A stretch of 59,878 nucleotides of DNA from Perkinsus chesapeaki ATCC PRA-425 (Eukaryota > Protista > Perkinsozoa), in the NCBI GenBank assembly GCA_013115145.1, contig JAAPAO010000158.1, forward strand, positions 1 through 59,878, given 5' to 3'. The position numbers and the translations under genes were made by a program. A model generated the notes under the pieces. The model was given only the letters and a program-made list of their open reading frames with translations. It had not been told where the DNA came from and ran no database searches. Shown piece by piece: positions 22,715 to 35,981 of this stretch (its first letter is position 1; each line of letters starts with the position of its first letter).

Positions 22715-24160
22715 AGACTAAGACAGAATAAACAATAACACCTATATACGAAGCTATGTCTGACTAGGTAACTCATTCCCGAAATGGAGGCCGCTCGGTC
22801 GTGTGGTACGATGAGCGAGCGATAAAGCAAGTAACCATGGATGCTTGCATAATAGACCGCCGTAGCGTATGATACCGTGTCATGATTCGACCAGCGCAGT
22901 GAAACGTTTATCGGCAATTTACTCAATTAAGCGCTCCTGCATTCCATGCCACAATGTAGAAGATACCCTATACTACGACTAATCTATTTTCGATTGCTCA
23001 ACAAAGCGAAAGTTCGATTCGCGACGATACCTTGGCGATTCCCGAACCTACCGAGCTTTCGCTTTTCCCTGATGACGACTGCATGTCGTAGTTACCAATC
23101 TCGTGAACAGCCCAGTCCAATGTCATGCTGCGACTGGCTGTCATTACTATTGAAACGGAATGACCACTGCAGCCAGAATAACGAAATGGTCCATAGCGCC
23201 ATGGCCCATAGCGTTGAAGTCATTTTCACCGGGTGAAGTTCACCCTCTCGGCGTTGCTACAATATATAACGTAGTACACAATGTCACAATATAATAACGA
23301 CAGCGGCGTTACTCAAGGTGACAATCCGCCAACTGTCGACAAATGACGATATTTAGCTGATATCACAAAAAAACACGAAAACTATTACGTTTTTATTGCC
23401 ACCTTGGACCTCTTCTGGGGCGTGTTTACGGAGTGTTGGGTGGGCCCGGTCTACCCAACACTCGCCGTAAAAGATGGATAGTAGTGGCCGAGTAATAGAA
23501 CTCGCCGAGTACTGCTATATCGTACTACTAATCCTGGCGGCCTGGACCTGGCCGACGACTGCTCGAAGAACTTACTCGGCAACTTGGAGTGACTCGTAGT
23601 AAAAAATCCCCTACTGGGGATCGATCTCCGTACCTTCCCAGAAATTTCGTGAAATTTCGAGCCTTTCCATTTTTCCGGAAAATTAACGCGGAAAGAAACT
23701 CTATAGTATAGAGTTTAGCGTACTGTATAGAGTCTATACAGTACGCTGAACCCCGGAAATCATTGTCCGGTCCGCCCTGGAGCACAGAACTCCGACTCGG
23801 AGTTGTGGGTTCGGAACCCACAACTCCCGAGTCGGGAGGGTTTTACTATAACCACTATACACTAATGCAAGCTCTTGAACCAACGCCTGGTACATATTCC
23901 TTTACTCTCCTTTCTTTACAACGGGGTGATCAGTACAGACAGTAATATAGCAATACACTTACTATTGAGTTAACACGAGGATAATATCAATAGAAGAGAT
24001 CCAATTATTGAATGTACAACTCAAACTCACTACTAGCCTAGCTAGCTAAGATATCGCTAAGGGGACAGGGCGTCACAGTAATCTCAATAACAAGTACTAG
24101 TTTACGTGTATGTAATATAGCAAGTATGTCAGAGAGATAAATTGCAACTTATGAGGAATA

Positions 24161-24897
24161 TTAATGGATTGGCCCCAAAACAGAACTATCCCACATAGCC
24201 TCGCCAGCTTTTACGGCCACCCTGCGAATTTCACTCGCGGGTGTCCATCCATTTATGACCTCAAACATATCCGGAAAATACCGTACATTCTCCCCAAGAC
24301 TTGGGAGCTCGTTGACCACCCGATTCTTATCTCGACCCGTCCATCCGGATCGAGATTCTCGTAAGAACTTGAAACACACAGCGCGAGAAACTTCAATTTC
24401 AGCCTTTCCAACGATATCGGTACAAACGGCAATTCGAGCGCGCGAGACAGTACTCTCGCCGCGCACTGACCCGCGCTCACTGCGGTCCTTTCGGGGAGCA
24501 ACAGCGTTAGCTCAATTTCACGAAGTGGCCTCAATCCAGTTAACGACTCCGACCAATAGTCCTTCAGAAAGCTCGGCGTCTCCTGGAAATCGTATCTAAT
24601 ATGGCCCGTCTCGATGACCAAGAGCAGCAGTGATGCAAGCCGGCCTACAAATCCACCAGTGATTCTGAAATGGCACAGAAATGAGCTCACAACAAGTCCT
24701 GTAGGCTGATTCACAAATACAACGATGACGATCAAAGTATTCAGCATGAGCGAGAACAGGGCAATCAAGCCAGGGCTGAGATTAATCAGCACGCGTATAC
24801 GGAGCAGCTGGCTCCAAGTTGGAGCCCCCAACAGCTTCGAGAGCTGGCAGCCTACACAAGCAGGCACCTCGTGGGGTCCTACATTGTTTATGTCCAC
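24161..24897 (-). mobile_element. Degenerate LTR-retrotransposon integrase-like remnant
   Basis: CxxC (CVGCQ) followed by segments spaced like an integrase core, with the expected acidic residues not clearly conserved. A frameshifted C-terminal LGENVRYF...GWTP segment follows. Similarity judged by eye only. Confidence 0.4.
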
Positions 24898-26823
24898 AAA
24901 GTCAGCTTAGGATTTCAGCAGAACAGCAGCCTCAACGTCATTAATCATAGCATCGAGGTGAGCTTGGGGGAGACGGTTATAGTAACGGCGTTACTATCAT
25001 TGTTCTGAGCGTTCCCCATTGTGTCATAGGCCTTCGCACGATACCATCACGAGACTTGGGCAGCGAATACAGGAATAGTCGCGCTCTAAACTAGATCTCT
25101 AGTTGCCGCGATAAAAATCATAAAGGCTCCTGGGGGTCCTCCGAGTAAGACCCCTAGGGATGAAGTGGAAAGCCCATATTCCGAGTATGATACTCGAACG
25201 CTTCGAGTTCGAACACACTTTTTCTTCTTTTAAGTCCAAACGAAATACCGTCCACTGTTGCTGGAGATCCAGCAAGAACTCCGAGATGAACAACCGATAA
25301 TATTTAGATCCTGTACTACTACGGTAGTATCACCACCTCTTCTGGAGGTCTCTCCTTCCAGTTGGCTCAGAGAGGGCTTGACTCAAGCCGCTTGAGTGAC
25401 CTGATATCGCCCGTCTTATGTGTCAGACCCAGCATGCGTCCCGCAAGTTTGGTCAGTGTCGCTGAAGTTGAGTGCGTGTGCGAAAGCTCTGGTGCCGGCC
25501 GACGTCAAGGTAATAGATATCTGGATCCTCCAGACTGGAGGTGGATTTCGTGACGTTGCTGCCACCATGATTCCAGACTACTAGTGGGGAAGTACTCCTC
25601 CACATGTGAACGCAACCAGTCTCCGTAGTCGCCATCAGACACGATCCAGTTGTTGTTACGAATCGTAACAGACACAATGCATGTAACTTACATGATGTAA
25701 GTCATTTGTGAGAATACGGCGTGGGGTAGAATATATGTTCAATAGCCAACACTGCCAGACATCACTGTCTACTGTGCTAACACCAACACACCGTGAGTCT
25801 ATGCTCCTTTGAGGCTCCTTTCCCCGGAAAAGTTTTCCGACGCGCACTAGCGCAGGATCGGCGGGTCGCCAATGGCGACCTCCTGATTCAGGTCCTGAAT
25901 TCTAGGAGTACTGATCCAGGACTCCTTAATATTCGTCCTAGTGAGTTAAGCTCCGCTTAAACATCCCTGGAAGGGAGTTCAGGGGAAACTGAGAAATATA
26001 CGTCTACCATATAGCTTTGATGGATCTAAAAACCTTTTTTCAAAAAAAAGAAAGCTTTGATCTTTTTTTTTCAAAAAGTCTTTTTAGTAAGAAGTGCAGA
26101 ATCTGCACGGCAGATTAGGCTCCCCTTTTCGCAAACTAAGGCCCGGTTTAAAAAAATAAACCACGAAACCACGAAACTGGCTCTGAGCGATAGTCAATCG
26201 CCTATAGTCTATAGAACACACTGGTCCCTGCAATTGGAAGGCTTCCAGCGTGTTCCTTAAAGGAACTTCCTCCCTACGAGTCTTCTACTGAGAGCAAAAG
26301 CACGACCTGCGCATTATGTGCAGCGAAAGAGAATTGAATCAGACGAGACAGATGCCTTCACCTGAGCTGTTTTTGGTACCAGATCCGTCGGGGAGGCAAG
26401 ATATAAGATGGGGTTATTCAAAATATCATATCTTCGCTACCAAAAGGCGCCCGTAGAAAAGTACCTCATAGCCAATTGGCCTGTCTTGGCATATCGACTG
26501 GAATCCTCAGGAGCGATGTAGATTGATTGACAGAGCGATGTGCTACACATCATGTGTACTGAGCTAGTTCTACTCTTAGAGCAGTGTAACTGGTGGTGCT
26601 CTAGTAGGGTCACCCTACAAGGGTGTAGTAAATTGCATGCCTTTCTTCGGCGAATATCCCTAGTAACCCATGTTAGTCTCAGAATCTGAGATGCGCTTGT
26701 ATTTCACCTTCGAATGGCTCAATATGATTGTGCTGCTTCTAGTATACGTCGTGAGTCGCTACTGAACCCAACACCCGCAAAAAAGCACTTCGAAACATCT
26801 TAAAAAATCGGAACATGTGTTAA

Positions 26824-29800
26824 CTACGCCGTATCAAGTATCATACTAGAAGGGTCCTCCAAGTAGCTTTTAAACGTATTTGAGAAACGCGCCACACTTG
26901 CACCTAAGATGCCCCATGCCTGGCTTTGCGCCACGAAGTGACTCACCGTCAACGTGCCTGTGATCAGCCGACCAACTAATTGTAAGAATCTTTGCCGGGT
27001 AGACATCCGCACCATCCTTTGTGAACCTAAATCAATTTCTCGCGCGCCACTAATTTATATCATGCCGCAATCCATTTCTGGGCATCTCAGAAGGCCCAGA
27101 AAAAATTGCCAACATACCTGGGTATGGTCAGTATCCTGCCCACTGCTCCGATCAACCCCTGACCATCGAACAGAACCGGCCTCGGATATGTACCACCAAT
27201 CACACCAACGTTAGAAAACGATACTGTACCACCCCGAACGTCATCGAGAGATAGACGACCTGCCATGGCGCGCGCCTGAAAATTAGCAAAAGTTGAAAGA
27301 TCCCGCGACAAGTCGCCTGCAAGAAGCCACCTCCCCTCAGGAATGTCATCACCCTCTAAGCACTTTACAGTTTACTTTGAACCCACTCTAGATGGCACTC
27401 ACAGAAAGGTAATACGTAGCTCGTTCGGAGTAAGCTGAGAACTACTAAGTACTTCAGGGGAGAGAAAGAAGATCTTCAAGTACTCCGCAAGAAAGTCTTG
27501 CCCTGATTTCCCTGGAAAAAACCGGAAAAATGGAAAATTTTTGCACTGATATTTGCTAACCGTCCCTCAGCAGATCACTTACCTGGAGATCTAAAATATC
27601 CTTCTGTATCTGCACCAGTGATTTCTCCTCGACATGTTTTATATTCGGCACCACCAATCCCGCCGGCCCGTCAATTGCAATCGAGACATTATGATGGCGA
27701 TAAACTGTAAAAAACTCGCCGCTCCTGCGAGGAAAAAAATCTCACGCGCCACGAAATCCTCCAGAACTTACGGATCTATTTTAGAGTTAAGCCGCTCGTG
27801 TTTCAATAAAGAAAGTGAGAGAGCCTTTATCATGAACGCTGTCAATGTTACCGAGGGCAAGTTGTGCGGGGGGCCACGGACTTTGTGCTTCAGTGAGGAC
27901 TGAGAATGTTACGCTGAATCCACCCACTACTCGCCAACGATAGGATCACAGGGGAGCCATCGAAAATCCGAAAATGAACTAAATGACTCGAATTCAATTT
28001 GCCTCGAAATTAATGAAGTTCACGAAAAATGAAAAAAAATCTAAACTCATCTCCTGCAACTCCCTGCAACCTTTCACCATACTAGAGTATACAGCCCACT
28101 TACCTGAATCCTAACAAGCTCATCAACACATATTTCCTCTCCAAGGCTCAAGTGTGGCACAGCCAGTGATGCCGTCATAGATTTCACCATAGCCGCAGCC
28201 AATCCGCTGGTCAGAGATACTCTATGAGATTCGCCACTCGTATCAGATGTCACCGAAGCCGGGGGTGATGGCTCCGGCTCTACTGCACTGCGAGGCGAGG
28301 ATGCCTTCAAAATATCATCCATTGTCACCCGACCATTTGGACCTGACCAAGACCTGCCCTTTTTAAAATACATTGTACCAGTATAATGGAGACAAAGACC
28401 TATTAGCAACAACAAACTCGAATTCCTTTTGCCCGGGTTCCCCTCCTCCCCACCTGAGCCGGCTATATGATCAATATTAACGCCCTTATCCTTTGCCAGC
28501 TTCCTGACCATCGGTATCGCCAACGACTTCTGACCCTCATTCACTTCAACATCTAAACAACCATAGTAAACGCCAAACGATAATCTATAAACCGCTATAG
28601 TAGGCCGCTACAATGCCAGGTTATGATAACCCTCCTCAACCGCTGCACAAAAGAGCGTATAGATGGCAACAACGTCTTCTTTATTGAACTTAATATTGTA
28701 TTCAGGGCCGATGCTACGTGTAATACCACGTACTACCCTATATTCTATAAGGGAGAAGCTCTACGTACGATTCCATGGTAGATTCTACGAATAGCTAACT
28801 TGTAGAATAGAAAGTCCGACGGGGGCTGTCCTAATAAGATGATACTGGATACAGTCCACCACCCAACACTTCATCATTCATATGCCAATAAGCTCACAGC
28901 AATAATAACACCACCAATACCCACACTACTTTCTGACACCTCTAGCTTTTCAACTGCATCTCTTCTCTCCTCGACGACTTCAGAATCCTCCTGCCCGCCC
29001 ATCACTTCAATATCAACCAAAACCGATCCCACTTTAGCAGTCTCCCCCGCCTTGCACCTACCATCAAGTACGGTAATTTCCAGGCGCGTGACTCTTCACC
29101 CTAGACGTTTAATGACACCATTATATCGACTTGTTATGTCCACCACAGCCTTATCGCTCTCAACTGTACATAAATTATCCATTTCCTCAACTCGATCACC
29201 TTAAACTTCAGAATTAACCCTGGCAGAGCTGGAACGATTACCTTTCTTAACATGCCACTCCGTTACCAACACCTCACTTATCCCCTCGCCGATATCCGCT
29301 AAATTAAACTGCACAACACGGCTGTCCCCACCGCCGGTACGAGACTCCGCAGCCTTCACATCGACCACCGCACTGTCTGAACCAGTTAAGCATTGCTCTG
29401 AATTCTAATGGAAATTGTCCATCTTGGTCGTTTGCGAATTCCGAAATACCTCAAGTCCCAAGTATAGCTTAAACTGCAGAGAACAGGATACAATGGGGAT
29501 AATAATAAAGGGTATAATACAGTCTATAAATACATAGATAGACATATATATACACTATATAATGTAATAATATAGTATAATACAGTCCAAATAAACTAAG
29601 ACTATTTTGAAACTATATCATTACCCCACAACGGTAACGAGTTTAGGGCTCATTTTCGGATATGTTACGCATATCATAGTTAAGACTCACTCATCAGAAT
29701 GTTATAACATTTTAATGCCTAGTTATTGCTGATGTATGGGCGACCGAAATTTTTACTGACTGTAGAAACGATGAAATATAATATAAAATAAAATAATACA

Positions 29801-31380
29801 ATTGTCAATTAGAATAATAGGTACTAAATAAACATACTATTGGTAGTAGTGTAATGATAAGGGATGGAATTACGTATCATAATACTAATAATATTACTCC
29901 ACTATTTATAATATTATTCCACTATTTATAATATTATTCCACTATTTATAATATTATTCCACTATTTATAATATTATTCCACTATTTATAATATTACTCC
30001 ACTATTTATAATATTATTTCACTATTTATAATATTACTCCACTATTTATAATATTATTTCACTATTTATAATACTATATTGACTATTTATCAATATAAAA
30101 GCAGCATGAAACAGCAGCATCCAAAGCCCCATCTCCACAAACTCTCTCTCCAGTGCTCCACTTATCCTTCCTCGGCGATGATAAGGATTTTCCAAACTGC
30201 ACAAATATAGAAAAGTCCCTAACGGTCGATGCATCTTGAAACACATTAACACCACGGCTCCCCTGCCGATTGATTCCAACTGCTACATTTTCCGTCGGAA
30301 AAATATTGTCCTTAATTTTTCGGCTATAATATTTTTCCAGCAATCCCCCTCCTCTACCTTCACTTCCCTCCTCCTCAATCTCCAAAAGTACATCACCGAC
30401 CTTCGCCGTGCTATTAACTTCAAACAACAAACGCTTAATAACTCCGCTATATCTGCATATAGAAACCCCACCTATAATAATTTCATGGCGCGTGACTTTA
30501 TTCTTACCTACTGGTTATATCTACAGCGGCTTTATCACTCTCAACTGTACACAATCGATCCATTTCTTCAACCCTGTCTCCTACAACGTTCAAAATATTG
30601 AAACCCGAAAACCCAAAACCCACATAACCAACGAAAGCCGAATCTTCACCCTAAGCAAGTAGTACCTGGTTTAACATGCCACTCCATGACTTCAACTTGC
30701 GTAATACCTAACCAGCATCATCAGATGGATGAAGATATATTACAAAACGACTATGTTTAGGACCGGCGCTACTTCACCATTTAATAATATATAGCCAAAC
30801 CCACTCAGTTAGTTCATTACCGGCAATAAGCTCTACCCCACAGAACCACGACGGTAGCTTGGGCCCTCGAGCAGGGGAGACTTGTGGTCCCAAGGCCCCC
30901 CTATTTCCCCATCGGTATGAAAAGAAGCTGTGTCGATTCGCCTCTATGCTTAGTTTGGCATGCAAACATAATTTCGCATTTATCCCTCCTCCTTCTACAG
31001 TGTGCTGCCAGAAATGAAGGCCTTCTCGAATGTCCAATTGCGTAAGCAAGAGAGGCACCATGGGTAAGGTAAAGGAACGTTCTGTCTGCTGCTGTAGGAA
31101 TCAAGTAGATATTCAAATTCGGCTACGAGTGACGGTTACATCCACAGATGTACCACAGTTTCGGATTAGGATCAACGTTAAAAAAGAGCCGCCCGACCAA
31201 CGTGTAACATTTGTCCTCCTTCATTGCACCGCCGCCGTCGCCGACACTCCGTTCCCTCTTCCCCCGATTACTACCCTCGCCTATGTCAGCCAATCTAAAA
31301 GGCTTCACCGCACCAAATCTCAATGCAGCTCTGGACCATACACCAAACCAACGATTATTTATTCGAAGTGGACCAAGCAT
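26824..31380 (-). CDS. DBT: Dihydrolipoamide branched-chain transacylase (BCKDH E2), mitochondrial, with two lipoyl domains
   Basis: Presequence-like [23 protein letters not shown]. Lipoyl 1 is [12 protein letters not shown]|[13 protein letters not shown]|[25 protein letters not shown]|YSG; lipoyl 2 is [25 protein letters not shown]|[28 protein letters not shown]. The E3/E1-binding domain is [28 protein letters not shown]. The catalytic core has [14 protein letters not shown] and [12 protein letters not shown]. Confidence 0.95.
29888..30073. repeat. Intronic minisatellite, 20-bp unit ATAATATTA(C/T)TCCACTATTT, about 9 copies
   Basis: Directly visible tandem array inside a DBT intron. Confidence 0.95.
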
Positions 31381-31940
31381 CACAAAAGGAATAATAAAAA
31401 TAACAACTGGTAACCCCATTTCCGATCAAACAGTGCCCGCACAGACGGACAAGTTCCGAGCAGACAATTTCTCCCCGCGGAAGTCCCGACACGGACCAAT
31501 TCTCCGCCATCATGTTTGGTCGTATAGTACCCAGGGACACCTAGTACATACATGACCGAACACCCCAACATATTCCAAATCGCAGATCGTTCAACTTCCT
31601 ATGAAAAAACTATTTCAGCAACTTACCCTCCCCAGGCAATACTGTCACAGACAACGACAGCTGGTAATCTGCCAACCTTCAGTCATACTTAGTCGACAGC
31701 CGCGTTACTCGCTGAAACTAGATCCTTCTTCGTCCCCGACTGCCCTGTATAATTGAACTAATAATAAAACTCAATTCTCCTTCGTACTGTAAATGAATAA
31801 TGGTGTCGCGGATGGAGGAGGGCTACGACAGCAACAACCAAGCATCATCTCAGATGCTAAAATAAATACAGTTATTTAACAGCTTGTCATCATCGCTCCG
31901 AACTCCATATTATAACAACAACCAAAACCGACCAATCCCG

Positions 31941-33929
31941 TCAATACTCGCTGGTATAAAACTGCTGCTCGCGACTCCGGGGCGCAAAATTATCAACCTT
32001 TCCACCGCTACCGCTAGCCGTATGATGATGGTGATGTCGGTGATTATGATGATTTCCAGTAGTCGTCGTCGAGGATGAAGTACTATTTGAGCTTAGCTGT
32101 TGTTGCCTATTATACATTCCTTGACTCGCATTATCCAATCCATTATTTTCCTGTTGTTGCTGACTTTGCTTCAATAGTTTAATAATTTGCAACTTCTCCT
32201 TCTTACGCCGTTTAATCTCGCCCGGTGGGCACCTAAAACAATTGCGCTAATAATTCCGATGCCGGGATAAATCACCCCGACGATTATTACAGATGGCAGA
32301 ACTCGCACTGAGCCCCGTGACGGCAACCGCTGGCATGATAATACCACGCGCATGGCTTACACGTTCCAGATGCATGTAACCTTGACCTGAGATACCGCTC
32401 ATAATGAAAACCCGAAACCCGAAAACCCAGAATATTCCCACTTACCCTATACTTGGGTATGCTGCCAAATTCATATCAATCGGAGAGTTATCCGGACTCC
32501 TAGATGATGCGACCGGACTTAAATTACTGCTGTCATTTCCCAATGTACTGGCAAAGGACTAAACACAATGATCATCTTAAGCATATACCATTTGCCGAGC
32601 AAAGGCAACCAAAACGATTTCTATTAAAAACTGCCGACAGTTGCCTGCATTAACCACAAGTAGTGTATTTCCCATCAATTTGAACCACGTGGATCAGAGA
32701 AATATCTTTCAACATGACGCCGGGCCATTTACCCTAGTCGACTCTATCAACTACATTTTTACAGTGGCAAAACTTACTATATCACACTGCTACGAAAACA
32801 TTTGGAAATGTCAAACTGGGCTCATCAATTAATAAAAGCTCACTGTTTGGAAATATCTGAAAACCCGAAACCCAAAACCCGAATATTATTACATTGGGCA
32901 ATGTCGGCGGAGTCATATCCACTGGACAACTCTGAGGTGCCTTCTTACATGGTATAAGTTGAGATGGAGGAAAATTAATAAAAGTGTTTTTAATAGGAAG
33001 ATTTTTATCTGACAAAACGGACAAGTCGGATGAATACTAGTTCTACAGTAGGTAATGTTACGATATATAATATAAAATAGGTAGATATCCATTTAGTAAA
33101 AATATCAATATAATAGAAGTATTAATATAATAGAAGTATTAATATAATAGAAGTATTAATATAATAGAAGTATTAATATAATAGAAGTATTAATATNNNN
33201 NNNNNNNNNNNNNNNNNNNNNNNNNNNNNNNNNNNNNNNNNNNNNNNNNNNNNNNNNNNNNNNNNNNNNNNNNNNNNNNNNNNNNNNNNNNNNNATAATA
33301 GAAATATTAATATAATAGAAGTATTAATATAATAGAAGTATTAATATAATAGAAATATTAATGTGATAGAAATATAAGTTTGATGTCCCTTTGATATCAA
33401 TATTATACAGTATAAAATATTATATAATAAGGATCTTAATATAATCGAATACCCACCACTTATCTATTGTGATTCTACGTACATAAAGAAAATAACAATG
33501 ACACAGGTATAGCTATCACCGGTAATACTATAATTATTATAATCCTATTACATACACTTTATCGAAGACAACTCCCCTCTTGACCGTCACTTCGCGAAGA
33601 GCTATTAATAATTATTACTATAATTTCGATTCTCACTCGACAATGCCAAGTGAAGTTGGCGCGGCCAACATGCCCGACAGCAATAACTTCCCTAAGACAG
33701 CCCGACACAATTCCTACTATCAAAATACCCTAAATCGATCAACCGTTTCATCACATATTTCGTGGCGCGCAAGATTATTACCTCCAGCCAGCCCGGCATT
33801 ATTTTGCCCTTGGCGTTTTTGTTGATTCAACAACTGCAGCTTCTCATTCGTCACTTCTTGGCACACTTCCACCGCCAGTCTCGTTAAGGTGTTAACATCG
33901 TCATTCGAAAATCTAACCGAACCAATCAT
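31941..33929 (-). CDS. C3H1-type zinc-finger protein (dinoflagellate/Perkinsus type) with KNTF motif; interrupted by an assembly gap
   Basis: Spliced YPSIG|SRLHASGTCKPCAWYYHASGCRHGAQCEFCHL|CPPGEIKRRKKEK; upstream exon with IKNTFINF...SCP; Q/H/S-rich tail; ATG at 33929 directly after an AG. Confidence 0.8.
33107..33375. repeat. 17-bp AT-rich tandem repeat (ATATAATAGAAGTATTA) flanking an N gap
   Basis: The unit is visible on both sides of the gap. Confidence 0.9.
33197..33294. other. Assembly gap, 98 N
   Basis: Run of n. Confidence 1.
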
Positions 33930-34070
33930 AGCTAACCCAATGGCCAGTCGGCAACTTTCTCACTGCTCGCGCTAAGATTTGCTTCTGCACTGAAATTCTT
34001 TCCAGTGCGCAATTTGGTATCTTCTATCCCCTAGACCGCTGCAAAGGACCGTGCAAATCCAAATCTAATT

Positions 34071-35831
34071 TCATTCAATTCCCATTCCTTCTCCTACAAC
34101 CCCACTGTGTTCCGTAATCGATCACCAGGGCTTCCGTAATCGATCACCAGGGCGTGCGCTTTCTACCACCACCACCACCATTACTCACCCCTGCTGGCTC
34201 AAAGTGTGTGTGTTGAGATTCGCCAAATCAGACACCGTTTCCAAGCCACTCGCTTTTAATAAGTCAATACCTGGGAAGTGAATCACTTGAATTCACACTG
34301 CTTCTAATGCAGAGGAGATCGAATGGAAATTACCGAAAGACACTAAAATTGGAGCCATTCCTTCCAGGTCCGTATGCCCTCTGACACCACCTCGGAGCGA
34401 AACATATTATCATTACCCCGCTATATGAGCAGCTGCAGAATGACCAAGTTGGAAAGATAATAAGTTTGTCAAAAAAACCCGGTCGCATGAAGTCGCCCTG
34501 CGGAGCTCTGGATAGACTAGGTTATTAGCTCACAATCATCAACGACATCCTCCTGTTAAGTATCACGGCGCTATAATGAAACAGCATAATAAACAGTAGA
34601 GTGATTGCAAGGAGCTGAATAGTTATTATTAGTAATTTACTGATCAAAGGAGTTGATACATTATTACCAATAATAAGTAAAGCCTCGAAATAGTAAACTA
34701 ATAATACTACCTTCCGGAGACACTCCATAGGTAACCAAGATATCAATAGTCAATCCCATAGCATGCTGCAATAACAAATGTGCCGGTGAAGAGGATACTG
34801 CCGGAGCTGCCGCCGCCGGCCCTGGAGTAGTGTACAAAGAGTTACACCCCCCACCAGTTGCCGAGGCCCCCGCCGAGCCGGAGGAGGCTCTGGGGTAGAG
34901 CCTGAAAAAACAACGCTCCTTAGCACTCACCGGAGATCTCATAGAAACTAGTGGATAATAAGGTATATAATATAATCAATAAGTGGTGTATACCTTTAAA
35001 CATTTTAGTGTTATTATTGACAAATCAATTGCCCTAATGACCCATTCCCAACGCTCATTAAACCAATTCTGAGATTCAGAATCGATTCCAACATCGCATG
35101 TTAGGTGTAAAAAGCAGTTCTGGAGTTGATTCTGAATTTCAAAACAGGTCATTGAACGATCCCATTCCAGTTCATCAAAATACAATTTATTATCAGTAGT
35201 ATCGCCACCATAACAGGTAATATACTATTTGAAAGGCACCGAGTGCTCGGAGATACAGTGAGCCAGTTCGGAGTCGGTTCCTCCCTTGTCAATTTGTGTT
35301 GTCACACAACCGTCTGTACAAACTATTACAACATTCTATTATTTGATCAACTGCCACTAAAAGTTCCACCATCAATAAAATGATCATCATCTTCAACGAT
35401 CTCCTCTCCACTCCATCGAAACTGGCTTTCACCGCCAAAGCGATTGGGTCTCCTTCACAAGATGCCCGATACACGCGAAATTCAACATGTCGTTAAAATT
35501 CGGTCGTGGAAAATATAGCTGTCACTTCGCAGGTATATTTTCCACCATCGTTCTCTCAATCGCCCGATCATCCCAAATAGCCCCTCCCCACTCACCCCGA
35601 ATTAGCGTCCATTCCAAACCCCGAATCCAATACAGAAAATAACGGAGGAGCCGGATATTCGTCCACTTGAACAAACGGCGCAGTGTTAAGGCCGCTGCCC
35701 GTCGGATCTCGAGGCGCTGCTGGCAGACTCCCGGCGCTGCTGCTAGGTGCTCCTTGCCCACCTTTCGATTGAGACGACTCTCGGGAGTTTTCAGAAACAA
35801 GACCCGAGGGATATGTCAACTTATCCGACAT
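34071..35831 (-). CDS. Multi-exon hypothetical protein, largely helical
   Basis: ATG at 35831 (MSDKLTYPSG), 18 nt after an AG acceptor. A series of protein-like exons (GDPIALAVKASF..., KLYFDELEWDRSM..., HLLLQHAMGLTIDILVTYG..., GIDLLKASGLETV...) with GT-AG borders. No family recognised. Confidence 0.55.
34110..34153. repeat. Perfect 22-bp tandem duplication TTCCGTAATCGATCACCAGGGC x2
   Basis: Directly visible; lies in a putative intron. Confidence 0.95.
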
Positions 35832-35981
35832 AATAACAGATAAATTATCTGCCAGAAAATTTACAGAAAAAATTCGGGAAAACGACGCAACAATTAATTG
35901 AATGGTAAATAGAAACACCGCAGCAGGCAGTAAGAGTATCTTTCGACCGTTTCACATCAACTTCAAGCGCACTGCAAAGAT

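Noticed and set aside
24969-25046. Bacterial Ig-like motif YRAKAYDTMGN...AVTITV on minus (possible HGT)
   Set aside because: Only about 26 codons between stops, and part of the match is produced by the palindrome at 24979-24997.
28839-31555. Plus-strand ORFs at 28839, 30236, 31030 and 31211
   Set aside because: They are antisense to DBT exons and introns, with low-complexity T/S/P composition typical of shadow frames.
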